In this document: piece by piece, positions 1 to 9,632 of the stretch | Numbering within the stretch: the stretch's first letter is position 1 | Layout of the letters: every line of letters begins with the position of its first letter | Source of the DNA: Alphaproteobacteria bacterium | GTDB lineage: Bacteria; Pseudomonadota; Alphaproteobacteria; GCA-2731375 | Assembly (NCBI GenBank): GCA_965225945.1 | Contig: CBDDBZ010000037.1 | Location: 32,001 to 96,000 of the forward strand | Length of the DNA: 64,000 nt | Direction: 5' to 3' | Translations under genes and position numbers: made by a program | The notes under the pieces: generated by a model | Seen by the model: the letters and a program-made list of their open reading frames with translations, nothing else | Told to the model about the DNA's origin: nothing | Database searches by the model: none

Positions 1-411
1 GTTCGCCGCCACCACCGGCGCCACGGCACCGGCGGGCACGTCTGGCAGGGTCGCTTCAAGGCCTTTCCGATCCAGCGCGACGCGCATCTGCTGACCGTTA
101 TGCGCTACGTCGAGCGCAATCCGGTGCGCGCCGGCCTGGTCGCGCGGGCCGAGGACTGGCGCTGGTCGAGCCTCGCCGACCCGCCGCCCGCGGATGTGCC
201 GCCCCGGCGCTCTCCAGTGCCCTTGCCGAGCGACTGGCGGGAGGTGGTCGCGCGCGCCGAGCCGGCGGCGGAGCTCGAGACGGTCCGCCGGAGCGTCGAT
301 CGGGGCACGCCCTTCGGCGGCGCGCGCTGGGTGCCGCTCACCGCCCGGCGGCTCGGCCTCGAATCGACCGTGAATCCACGCGGCCGGCCGCGCAAGCCGC
401 CATTAAAGTAG
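1..411 (+). CDS. REP-associated tyrosine transposase (RAYT/TnpA-REP-like, Y1 HUH), 5'-truncated by window edge
   Basis: Frame 1 from base 1 reads ...GHVWQGRFKAFPIQRDAHLLTVMRYVERNPVRAGLVARAEDWRWSS. The WQGRF, YxxxNPVRAGL and WxWSS motifs are typical of RAYT-superfamily proteins; stop TAG at 409-411. Confidence 0.9.
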   Translation, partial: VRRHHRRHGTGGHVWQGRFKAFPIQRDAHLLTVMRYVERNPVRAGLVARAEDWRWSSLADPPPADVPPRRSPVPLPSDWREVVARAEPAAELETVRRSVDRGTPFGGARWVPLTARRLGLESTVNPRGRPRKPPLK

Positions 412-426
412 CCTGACCCCTTTTTC
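408..426. repeat. RAYT-terminal motif GTAGCCTGACCCCTTTTTT
   Basis: Overlaps the RAYT stop codon; the same core recurs at 518-535, 597-614, 1726-1742, 55088-55104 and partially at 55116-55126. Confidence 0.8.
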
Positions 427-430
427 TAGA

Positions 431-516
431 TGGTCGCGCGCGCCGAGCCGGCGGCGGAGCTCGAGACGGTCCGCCGGAGCGTCGATCGGGGCACGCCCTT
501 CGGCGGCGCGCGCTGG
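431..516 (+). repeat. 86-bp exact duplicate of RAYT coding sequence 245-330
   Basis: Direct comparison: tggtcgcgcgcgccgag...ggcgcgcgctgg is identical at both positions. Confidence 0.95.
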
Positions 517-517
517 A

Positions 518-614
518 GTAAAGGGGTCAGGCACCTTTTACGCACCATCGATTGTCTGGACCCGAGGCGTCGGGGCGCTGGCAACTCACAAGCAATGGTG
601 CCTGACCCCTTTAC
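518..614. mobile_element. 97-bp REPIN/MITE-like element with perfect 18-bp terminal inverted repeats
   Basis: GTAAAGGGGTCAGGCACC (518-535) and GGTGCCTGACCCCTTTAC (597-614) are exact reverse complements. Confidence 0.85.
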
Positions 615-833
615 CAACCTGCCGGCACATCGCCGGAGGAAAGGGAAGATGCGCGCTCTTGCAAACAGAGGCCTAATGGGTGACCCCATTGTGTGACCCC
701 TAGCTTTACATTTCTTTAGGCTGCAGAGAAATGCCTGAAACAATAGGCTCCTAGAGAGGTGTTGTGACCGGGAAGGCAATCCCGCCACAGGGAACGGTCA
801 GGTTGATTTTTGCAGACGGGAGGCATTGAGCAG

Positions 834-1676
834 ATGTACGGGTATGGGAGTTTCAATCGAGGTGTCGTCTCGGCGCTGGTTTTGGCCGCGCTGGTTTCAA
901 TCGCAGTCCTGATGCCGGTGGCTCCGTCGCGGGCCGCGGGCGAGGTGAAAATCGAGTGGCTGACCTGGTCATTCTTCCGGATCACCACGCCCGGTGGAAA
1001 GGTCATCCTGACCAACCCCTGGTACACAAATCCAGACAGCAGTATCAAACTTGACGACATTCCGAAGGCGGACATCATCCTGGTGCCGACGGGGCATCCC
1101 GACGAAGTCGGCAATACCCTCAAGATCGCCGCGAAGACTGGTGCAACAATTGTCGCGTCCCACGAACTCGTTAACCTTGTGTGGAAAGACAAAAGCGCGA
1201 GATATCGAGATCCGATCACATTCAATGGCGTTGTCATTAAATCAAAAAATTTTCAACCAGGCTCAACGGAAACGATTGATGACATCACTATTCGCGCCGT
1301 CACCGCGTTGCACGGCAACGGGAATACCGGCGGTCCGGCCATGGGGTTTATCATCACTTTGGAGAACGGCTACACCATCTATTTCAGCGGCAGCACCGAT
1401 CTGACCCTGGATATGAAGCTGTGGGGCGAGCTGTTTAAACCGGACGCGGCGATCCTCTACCTGTCGAGCAGCGTGAACCCGCGCGATGTTGCGCTGATGG
1501 TGAAAATGCTGTCGGAGAAGAATCCCAATCTCAAGACGGTCATCCCCCACCACCATCGGCTGAAGCCGCCGGCGGGGCGCTCCCCGGCCGATCTCGGCAA
1601 AGCGATGGTGCGGATGGGGTTGGAAGCAAAGCTGATCGACCCCCGGCCCGGCGTGGTCTACACGCTGTCAAAATAG
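834..1676 (+). CDS. Secreted metallo-beta-lactamase-fold protein (UPF0173/UlaG-like) with atypical metal motif
   Basis: Signal-peptide-like N-terminus; KIEWLTWSFFRIT..GKVILTNPW; DIILVPTGHPDE in place of THGHxDH; ALHG; IYFSGST; IPHHH; GGAGG upstream. Confidence 0.85.
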   Translation: MYGYGSFNRGVVSALVLAALVSIAVLMPVAPSRAAGEVKIEWLTWSFFRITTPGGKVILTNPWYTNPDSSIKLDDIPKADIILVPTGHPDEVGNTLKIAAKTGATIVASHELVNLVWKDKSARYRDPITFNGVVIKSKNFQPGSTETIDDITIRAVTALHGNGNTGGPAMGFIITLENGYTIYFSGSTDLTLDMKLWGELFKPDAAILYLSSSVNPRDVALMVKMLSEKNPNLKTVIPHHHRLKPPAGRSPADLGKAMVRMGLEAKLIDPRPGVVYTLSK

Positions 1677-3352
1677 GCGAGACGCGGCTGCTAGCCCCAA
1701 TCATTCCCAACGCCGACGGGTGAGGAAAAGGGGTCAGGCACCTTTACGCACCATCGCTTGCCACGATCCGGGGCGTCGGAAACTCAAGAGTAAGGGCGCC
1801 CGACCCCATGACTCCTGATCCCTCGCACCCCGCCGTCGAGCCCATGGGGGAGGCTTCGCCCGGGCCGAGGCGGCGGAGACCGGCAAGGCGTCGAAGAAGG
1901 AAGGCCGCGCGTCTTGCCGCGTGAAGCGCAAGAGGTCCCCGCAATCGAGAGGTCGGGCGGCCGCGTTTGGCGGCCGGGGCACGGGCGACGTCGATCGGAG
2001 AGCGATGTCTCGGACCAGGGGCACACTCGGTGATGGGGTTGTGGATGGGCAATAATTAGTCGGCTGTTAAGAAGCGGTTCTGACCGCCGGCATTGAGATC
2101 GAGTCGGCCGATATGGCGGCGATGGTTTTGCGCGAGAGAAGCTTCAGCCACCGGAGGAGGAGGCGGAAGTCGTAGCCAGGGGCGCTATGCGGGCATTGTG
2201 ATCAAGTCGGCCAATACGGCGGCGATGATTTTACGCAAAAAAAGCTTCAGCCACCTGAGGAGGAGGCGGAAGTTGTAGCCGGCGGCGCTCATCACGGCGT
2301 TGATCCGGTCGCCGAGCCGTCCCTTCAGGTAGTTCCGGTCGAGATGGCCGTCGGTCTTGCAATGGCCGATGACGGCCTCGATGGCGCTTCGTCGCCGGAG
2401 CTCCTTTTTGATCTGGCCGTGGACGCCGCGCTTCTGGCCCGACTTGAAGACCCGCAGCGGCTTCGGCGCATCGTGGCCCCGGTAGCCCTTGTCGACATAG
2501 ACCCGCTCGATCGCGCGCCCCGTCAGGGTCTCGGTCTCCTCCAGCACCTCCTTCAAGGTGTGGCGGTCGTAGGGAATGCCGGGGAGCGCCTTGGCGTGGA
2601 GGATGAACTGTCCGCCTTTGCAACGCTTGTTGGTGGTGGTGAGCGAGACCTTGACGCCGAACTCGTAGGGCTTCGCGGCTTTGCCTTTGCCGATGCACTC
2701 GACCTCGGGGGCATGCCATGAATAGAGCTTCCAGCCGCGCTGGCGTTGCTTCTGGCCACGGATCTGGCGGGCCCTGAGAAGCGCCGTCGCGAAGACTTCC
2801 TCCAGCGCCCGATCGCCCTCGATCTTGCGCTCGATATCACGGATGAGCCGGCCGAGCCGGGTCCGCAAGAACTTCAGCTCCCGGTTCATCCGCTTGAACT
2901 GTTTGGCGTGGGCGTATCGGCCCACCATCATCGCCGCCCGCCGCGCCACCCGAACATAGCTCTGGCGGAGCTCCACGCCATGGCGCTTGGCCAGCTCGCC
3001 GAGCTTGTCGATCGCCCTCTTCAGCAGTTTGGCGTCGGTCGGGAAGGTGATGTTCTTCGGCTGCACCGTGGTGTCGACCGTGACCCGGGCGAGATCGCTC
3101 TTCTTCAGGGCGCCGGTGTCATGGGCAACGCGCAGGCTCTCTTGCAGCAGGATATCCAGGCGATCACCCAGGCGCTTCCTCCAATGGCTCAATCCCGAGC
3201 GTTCGTGGGGGAGCCCGTGCTGGAAGAATTCCTCGCCGGTGAAGTACTGGAAGTAGGGATCGTGCTCCCAACGCTCCCAGAGCTGCTCGTCGGAGAGCGT
3301 GTAGGTGTGCTTCAGCACGAACATGCCGATCATGAAGCGGACCGGCTCGGCG

Positions 3353-4768
3353 GGTCAAGTCCGGATTCTGCTGGGAAATTTCTCCGGGGTTGCCTCCGTC
3401 GAGGCCTGTTCTGGTAGTTCCAGCTGGGCTTGGTATTCCTGATCGAGTTCCTTCCTGACGGCGTCCATCTGGCGCCGCTCGAAGACGGTGACCTTGACTG
3501 CTTTCCATCGCTCGGCGGCGCGGCTCATGGCACCGAACATGAGCTTCAGTACCGCCTTTTCGCCGAAGGCGTTGGGGGTGATCTTCAAGCGCCGGCGCTC
3601 CTCCCCGAACAATCTCTCCAGCAGGTTGGTGGTGCGGATCGCCCGGCGGTGATTGACCGGCATGCGCAGGTGCGCGATGCAGGCCTCGAAATCATCCAGG
3701 AAACAGGCCACCGCCGAGGGCAGCTCGCGCTCCCAGTCACGCACCACGCCCTCGGCCAGATCGCGGGCGATGGCGCGCGAGGGGGCCTGGTAGGCCGCTT
3801 GGGCGCGGGCCTTGAACTCCGGCCAGAGATCCTCGGGCACCTTCGCCGCCAAGTTCCTCATCCGGTGCGCGAGGCAGCGTTGGCGCGCGCTCCTGGGAAA
3901 ACAAATCTCGATCGCCTTGATAATGCCAGGCGCGCCGTCGGAGGCGATCAGGAGAGGATCGCCCAGGCCTCGGCTGCGCATGTCCTGGAAGAACGCGGAG
4001 ACGGTCTCGTTGTCCTCCTTCGAGCCCGCCATCAGATGCAGGAGAACCTTCTTGCCCTCGAGCGTGAAGCCCCAGGCCGCCAGCACCGGCTCTCGCCTCT
4101 GCCCGGCCCGCAGCCGCTCGGCGATGCCGTCGACGAAGAGGTAGGCGATCTCGAACTCGCTAAGGTCGCGCTTGGCGAAGCCGAGGTAGTCCGCCCAGAG
4201 CCGCTCCCCCATCTCCGAGACCGCCGTGCGCGACAGCAGCAAGCGCCCACTTTCTTCCCTGAAGGCATCTTCGATGTCGCGCACCGAGAGACCGCGCGCC
4301 AGCATCTCCACGGCTAAATCCTCCAGGCCCTCGGAATGACCCTTCAGGTGCGCTCGCAGATCCGAACGGAACGGTTCGTCCGTCCCGGCGACCTGCGGCG
4401 CCGCATACCTGATCCGCCCCTCGGCCGTCTTCAGATGACCTTCGCGCGAACCGTTCCGGTAACCTCGGCCAGGCTCGGAACCGTGCTCGTAATAGTCCCG
4501 GCCCAGGGCGTCGCGCACCTCGGCCTCCAAGCCTTCCTCGATGATCAACCGCGTCGCCAACCGCACCAATTCACTCTTCGCGTCGACCACGCGGGCGCGC
4601 CCTTCGATCAGGTCGTTCAAGGCTTCACGCGTGCGCTCGCTTCCGGGTAGTCTCTTCGTCATGGAGGTGCCTCCTGTGCTGGGCTGGCGCGCAGCCATGC
4701 CCGGGTGGGAATCGACACCTCGAAGGATGCACCTCCTACCAAATTCCCAGCAAGTCTAGGACTTCACC
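3353..4768 (-). mobile_element. IS256-family element
   Basis: IRs GGTCAAGTCC..TGCTGGGAA / TTCCCAGCA..GGACTTCACC; 9-bp TSD GGCTCGGCG at 3344-3352 and 4769-4777. Confidence 0.95.
3355..4698 (-). CDS. IS256-family (Mutator-type) transposase
   Basis: GYRNG, LFVDG, SDGAPG, QRCLAH and IRTTNLLERLFGEERRR motifs; the true start may be the MTKRL Met. Confidence 0.95.
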   Translation of the reverse strand: MAARQPSTGGTSMTKRLPGSERTREALNDLIEGRARVVDAKSELVRLATRLIIEEGLEAEVRDALGRDYYEHGSEPGRGYRNGSREGHLKTAEGRIRYAAPQVAGTDEPFRSDLRAHLKGHSEGLEDLAVEMLARGLSVRDIEDAFREESGRLLLSRTAVSEMGERLWADYLGFAKRDLSEFEIAYLFVDGIAERLRAGQRREPVLAAWGFTLEGKKVLLHLMAGSKEDNETVSAFFQDMRSRGLGDPLLIASDGAPGIIKAIEICFPRSARQRCLAHRMRNLAAKVPEDLWPEFKARAQAAYQAPSRAIARDLAEGVVRDWERELPSAVACFLDDFEACIAHLRMPVNHRRAIRTTNLLERLFGEERRRLKITPNAFGEKAVLKLMFGAMSRAAERWKAVKVTVFERRQMDAVRKELDQEYQAQLELPEQASTEATPEKFPSRIRT

Positions 4769-5434
4769 GGCTCGGCGGGTCGGCCGTTGTCGGCGAAGCG
4801 GTCCGTCAGGTGTTCCTCGATCCAGGCCCAATCGATCCTCTCGGCCAAGAGGACGAGCGGGTGGCGCATGTTGATGATGTGGTCGAGGCGCGAACGGAAG
4901 AGGTCGTCGTGATCGGCCTTGGGAGACTGCTTCGGTCGCATGGGAGCCCTCATAATCACGAGCTTGACTATAACATGAATCAGCGAAAAATAGAACATAA
5001 AATCAAACGAAATTGCAAGAAATCCACCTTGCCTCAGGCGATTTCTTGCAAACTCGAACCGTGCCTCACGACGAATACACCAACGATGCCGCCGAAATTC
5101 GGGAATTTAACGGCCGACTAATTACTGTAAATATGGTATTATGTATATTTTAACGTAGAAACGTCAATTTCGTAGAACGAAACCGCCCCCCGCCGGGGCG
5201 ATGGCGGAACGGCAATGATTTTCAAGGCTTTGGCGGACTCCCGCATATTCAAGACCAAGGATATATCGTCCCGTAAATGTCGTCATCGAGGGCAAAGTGG
5301 CGCGAATCGGCCCGCGAAACACTGGGTCGCGGGCTCCGGTGAGGCCTCGCGGTCGGAGTCGACCGGGCCGCCCTTGGTTTTCCGTCGCGGGCTGTCTTCC
5401 GTCGTGCCGACCGCCCTCCACATTTCCTCCCGAT

Positions 5435-6964
5435 TCACACCGCCCGCTTGCGCCCGCGGATCATCCGCATAACGGGTTTCACCGCGGGCAGGAGCAGAAG
5501 AATGATCGCCACGACCATGATCGGTCCGGCGTAGGGCCGGGTAAAGAAGATCGACAGCGAGCCGCTGCTGATCAACAGCGACTGGCGCAACGCCGGCTCG
5601 GCCAGCGGGCCCAGCACGATCGCCAGCACCGCCGGGGCCAGCGGATAGTCCAATTTGCGCATCAGATAGCCCACGAAGCCGAAGATCAGCATCAGCCAGA
5701 CGTCGTGCAGGTCCTTGGTCGGGGCATAGCCGCCGATCAGGCAGAGCACGAAGATGATCGGTGCCAGTATCGACAGCGGCATCTTCAAAATCCAGACGAA
5801 GGCGGGAATGAAGCCGATGTTGATGATCACGGCAAACAGGTTGGCGGCATAGAGGCTGGCGATCAGACCCCAGACGAAATCGCTGTGCTCGGTAAAGAGC
5901 AGCGGGCCCGGCTCCAGGCCCCAGATCACCATGCCGCCGAGCAGGATCGCCGTGGTGGGCGAGCCGGGAATGCCGAGCGTCAGCATCGGCAGCATGGAGC
6001 CGGTGCTGGCGGCGTTGTTGGCCGCTTCGGGGGCGACGACGCCTTCGAGCGAGCCTTCGCCGAAGCTCTCGGGCTGCTTCGACACTTGCTTGGCGAAGCC
6101 ATAGGCCATCAACGAGGCCGGCGTCGCCCCGGCGGCCGGTAGAATGCCGACGAAATAGCCCAGAATCGACCCCATGACCATGGTTTTCCAGGTCGCCAAC
6201 AACTGCTTCAAGTTCCCGATCGTGCGCTGGAAGGAAACGGTCGCCTCCGACATCATGCTCTTGCCGCCGGCTTTTCGGTTTTCCTCGATGGTCCACAGCA
6301 TCTCGCCGATGCCGTAGATGCCGATCGCGAGCACGAGGAAGTTGATGCCGTGCATGAAACCGATGATGTCGCCGAATATAAGTCTGGGCTCGCCCGAGAT
6401 GATATCCAGCCCCACCGCGCTCAGCACCAGGCCGATCGCGATCGAGAACAGGGTCTTGCAGATATCGTCGCCGCCGAGGCCGATGAAGGTGGCGAAGGCC
6501 AGCATCATCAGGGCGAATTCCTCCGGCGCGCCGAACACCAACGCAACGTGGGCCAAGGGGGGCGCGAAAAAGGTGAACAGCACCACCGATATGGTGCCGC
6601 CGACGAAGGAGGCGACGGCGGTCGCGGTCAGCGCCTTGTCGGCCATGCCCTTGAGCGCCAGCGGCCGGCCGTCGAAGGTGGTCGCCACCGCGGTCGAGGC
6701 GCCGGGTATGCCAAGCATCACGGACGAGATGGCACCGCCATACATCGCGCCATAGTAAATCGCGGCAAGAAACATGATGGCGCCGGTCGGCGGCACCAAA
6801 AAGGTCAGCGGCAACAGGATCGCGACCCCGTTCACGGAGCCGAGGCCGGGCATCGCGCCGATGAAGAGGCCGAGCGTGCAACCGAAGACGATCAGAGCCA
6901 AGTTCTGCGGCTCGAAGGCGACGGTGAAACCGCTGGCCAGGAGGTCGAGAGTCTCAATCATCAC
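5435..6964 (-). CDS. tctA: Tripartite tricarboxylate transporter permease
   Basis: Polytopic; GAMPGLG, IYYGAMYGG, GIPG, VAPEAANNA and LTLGIPGS motifs. Confidence 0.95.
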   Translation of the reverse strand: MMIETLDLLASGFTVAFEPQNLALIVFGCTLGLFIGAMPGLGSVNGVAILLPLTFLVPPTGAIMFLAAIYYGAMYGGAISSVMLGIPGASTAVATTFDGRPLALKGMADKALTATAVASFVGGTISVVLFTFFAPPLAHVALVFGAPEEFALMMLAFATFIGLGGDDICKTLFSIAIGLVLSAVGLDIISGEPRLIFGDIIGFMHGINFLVLAIGIYGIGEMLWTIEENRKAGGKSMMSEATVSFQRTIGNLKQLLATWKTMVMGSILGYFVGILPAAGATPASLMAYGFAKQVSKQPESFGEGSLEGVVAPEAANNAASTGSMLPMLTLGIPGSPTTAILLGGMVIWGLEPGPLLFTEHSDFVWGLIASLYAANLFAVIINIGFIPAFVWILKMPLSILAPIIFVLCLIGGYAPTKDLHDVWLMLIFGFVGYLMRKLDYPLAPAVLAIVLGPLAEPALRQSLLISSGSLSIFFTRPYAGPIMVVAIILLLLPAVKPVMRMIRGRKRAV

Positions 6965-7054
6965 GTCGTCTCATGACCGACGCCATAGCGCTTCCCGCCA
7001 TGGCGTCACTGACACCTCGCGCGCCACGAGGTCGATCCGCGCGAGCGCGGCGCA

Positions 7055-7564
7055 TCACAGAAATATTTTGTAGAGCGGATAGAACCACGTCTCGGTCACG
7101 CCCTTGGGCAGGGTGATTTTCAGCATGATCTCGAAAAAGAAGAAGGTCACCACGGGGATCAGAAGTGCCAGGCCGCCCGAGAGCCGCCACGAATGCCGTC
7201 CCAGGACCTTCAAGTAGAACAGCAGGAACAGCGGCAGGGCGCCATAGACACCGATGAGGCTAAAGAGCGCCACCGTGACGATCAGCGCCGCCGCGACCAA
7301 CCCCACGGGCAACAAAACCCCGGGCTCGATATAGCGCTCGCTCGATTGCGCGATTGGACCCTTGCGTCTGATCCAGTTGACCACGATGCCGATACACGAC
7401 AGCAGCATGATGACCGAAAGCCAGAAGGGCCAGGCGCCGCCGCCCGGCCCTTCGTCCTCGATCCAGCCGATCGGCAACTCCGCGCTCTTGACCATCAGGT
7501 AAAGCGAGAAGGCTCCGAACAGGACAGCCATCATCAGCTCCGCGGTGCGCACGCTCACAGCCAC
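7055..7564 (-). CDS. tctB: Tripartite tricarboxylate transporter small membrane subunit
   Basis: About 170 aa, 4-5 TM segments, GPGGGAWP motif, C-terminal LPKG; lies between tctC and tctA. Confidence 0.9.
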   Translation of the reverse strand: MAVSVRTAELMMAVLFGAFSLYLMVKSAELPIGWIEDEGPGGGAWPFWLSVIMLLSCIGIVVNWIRRKGPIAQSSERYIEPGVLLPVGLVAAALIVTVALFSLIGVYGALPLFLLFYLKVLGRHSWRLSGGLALLIPVVTFFFFEIMLKITLPKGVTETWFYPLYKIFL

Positions 7565-7601
7565 GGTCCTCCCCGCCGACCCAACTCGAGAACGCCGAGG
7601 T

Positions 7602-8594
7602 TCAGCCCTTGATGGCGCCCATATTGATCAGCATTTGCTTGTGCACGGCACGTTCGCCCTTCCAATAGTCCATCAGGGCATCGCCGGTCAGCAAATCGCC
7701 CTGCAGGCTCTTCTTCGAGCGATAGGTCTGCCATTCCTTCGAGTTGAAGACCTTGGTGAAGAGCGCGGTGTAGTAGGCCCGGGCATCGGCACTCATGCCC
7801 GGCGCGCCGACCACGGTGCGCTGCATGAAATAGACGAAATCCTTGCCGAGTTCGCGGAAGGTCGGCGCGTCCTTAAAGAGCGGCAGGCGTTCCGGCGTGA
7901 AGGCGGCGAGCGCCTTGGTGGTGCCGGCCTCGTAGAAGCCAAGCTGCTCGGAGGGGTTGTTTACGGTCGAATCCGCGTTCTTGCCGGCCAACTCCTTCGC
8001 GACTCTACCGCCGCCCTTGTAGGGCACGTACTTCATGGAAAGACCATAGCTCTTGTTCAGGAAATCGGTCAGCAGGTTGTCCTCGGAGTTCTTGCCGGTG
8101 CCGGCCATGATCCAATTCTTGCCCTTGGCCTTGGCGGCGGCCACGAAATCCTCGACGCTGTTGATGTCCTTGCGGTCGGTATGCACCCACAACAGGAAGG
8201 TGTCTTCCGCCATCCGGGCCACCGGCGTGAAGGTGGTGATGTCGATCCCGAGATTGGGCTGGCGGAGCGGCGTCGTGTAGAAACTATTCAGGGTGAACAT
8301 CAGCGTGTGATTGTCACCCTTCTTCTGGTTCATGTAGACCAGCGCCTCGGCGCCCGTGCCGCCCGGCTTGTTGATCGGCACCACCGGCACGGGAGCCATG
8401 TCGTTCTTCGCGATAATGCTTTGGAACAAGCGGACCGCCTTGTCGGCGCCGCCGCCCTTGCCCGCCATGACGATGAATTCGATCGGTTTCTGCGGCTCCC
8501 ACGCCGCTCCTACCTTTGTGCCCGTGCCGAGCGACGCGGCGCCCACGCCAAGAGCCAGCGCCAGCATGGTGATCATCGTTCTTCTTGAAGTCAT
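7602..8594 (-). CDS. tctC: Tripartite tricarboxylate transporter substrate-binding protein (Bug family)
   Basis: Signal peptide MTSRRTMITMLALAL; WEPQKPIEFIV, GGGAD, NKPGGTG and VPYKGGG motifs. Confidence 0.95.
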   Translation of the reverse strand: MTSRRTMITMLALALGVGAASLGTGTKVGAAWEPQKPIEFIVMAGKGGGADKAVRLFQSIIAKNDMAPVPVVPINKPGGTGAEALVYMNQKKGDNHTLMFTLNSFYTTPLRQPNLGIDITTFTPVARMAEDTFLLWVHTDRKDINSVEDFVAAAKAKGKNWIMAGTGKNSEDNLLTDFLNKSYGLSMKYVPYKGGGRVAKELAGKNADSTVNNPSEQLGFYEAGTTKALAAFTPERLPLFKDAPTFRELGKDFVYFMQRTVVGAPGMSADARAYYTALFTKVFNSKEWQTYRSKKSLQGDLLTGDALMDYWKGERAVHKQMLINMGAIKG

Positions 8595-8939
8595 CGGATC
8601 CTCCCGGTTTCCGGATTTAGGGTGCGGCCATATCAATGCCGCGCCCGCCATGGCGTAAAACCCCGGCGACACAGGGGAGCGCCCCCGGAATGAAATCGCC
8701 CAGCGGAACCTCGACCGACATGCCCCGGATGACCGCCGGTCCTGGGCATCACAATAGCCATCTAGGCTTCCGACCGCAATTTGGAACTCGAGGCGCGTGG
8801 CTAGAGCCTTCCACTGGCCTCCGGCACCGTCGGCGGATTTTGTTCGAATTGGGAACACGGTGTCTGGCCGAAACGTCGCCATCCCCGGCTTTTGGCGCCG
8901 CTGACGGCCCTCTCCCCCGGGGACTTTCGAGTCAGACTC

Positions 8940-9371
8940 TCACACGACCAATCCGGCGACGTAGGCCGGCCCGATGATATCGATCGCTTGGCCGAGCGCG
9001 CGGCGATAGGCGAGAAAGGCGGTGCGTCGCCGGAGACCATCTTCGACGGCGTTCTCATCGTCGGCCTGCGACAACTGCTGGGTCACGAACGCCGCCGAGG
9101 GCGCGAAATTGCCGGCGCCGCGTCCCCTCTGGTCGCGGTCCGCGTCGCGGGACGGGCGAAGCCCGCTCGGATGCGCGCGTTTGTCGAGCGATCGGCCCTT
9201 GGCGCCGCCGGCGATGAAATCGCGGGCGACGGCACGCCCCGCTCCCGACGGACGGTGGGCTCGGGCCTCCCGCTCGTGGTCTTCGATCGGCGCGAGCGAC
9301 CGCACCCCTCTCCCGTCCGTCGGGAGCGGTAAGGCTCGCCCTAGGCTCTCTCGCGCGGCGATGGTCGACAT
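8940..9371 (-). CDS. Hypothetical protein
   Basis: Open frame from MSTIAARE, divergent from the EAL gene; no recognisable domain. Confidence 0.4.
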   Translation of the reverse strand: MSTIAARESLGRALPLPTDGRGVRSLAPIEDHEREARAHRPSGAGRAVARDFIAGGAKGRSLDKRAHPSGLRPSRDADRDQRGRGAGNFAPSAAFVTQQLSQADDENAVEDGLRRRTAFLAYRRALGQAIDIIGPAYVAGLVV

Positions 9372-9632
9372 CGACTTCCCGTCCGGGACCGGGCCGACGA
9401 CGATCGGGGCCCGCTCGGCCCCGATCAATCGGCATTCAGGTGAATATAGTGACTAAGGCCGCAACTGTAAACGAAGGGAAAAGAAACCGACATGGCGGAC
9501 GCCGCGCGCAAGATTTGGGAACGTGGTGAATTGCATCAATAAAAATTAACGATTTTCGGTGAAGAACGGGTAACGGTTTTCGGATCTACTCGACCGATCG
9601 CCAATCTTGGTCTTTGCCTGTCCGGTCCTTGC

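Larger units (their letters stand above)
2185..4941 (-). pseudogene. IS5-family transposase split by IS256 (N-term 4769-4941, remainder 2185-3352)
   Basis: MRPKQSPKADHDDLFRSRLDHIINMRHPLV..GRPAEP joins VRFMIGMFVLKH...; VDTTVQPKN, DKGYRG and IEAVIGHCK DDE motifs. Confidence 0.92.
2059..5118 (-). mobile_element. IS5-family element containing a nested IS256
   Basis: Ends GTCGGCTGTTAA / TTAACGGCCGAC, flanked by duplicated TAATTA (2053-2058, 5119-5124). Confidence 0.92.
1726..5411 (+). repeat. Copy 1 of a long non-coding RAYT-motif-capped element (1726-2058 plus 5125-5411), interrupted by IS5
   Basis: Begins AAAAGGGGTCAGGCACCTTTACGCACCATCG; collinear with the reverse complement of 54365-55104 on both sides of the IS5 insertion. 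Confidence 0.85.

Noticed and set aside
2089-2289. DGR template/variable repeat pair
   Set aside because: Mismatches are not restricted to adenines, there is no reverse transcriptase in the window, and both copies are IS5 sequence.
9535-9580. CtrA binding site upstream of the EAL gene
   Set aside because: Only TTAAC/GTAAC half-sites are present, with no TTAA-N7-TTAA.
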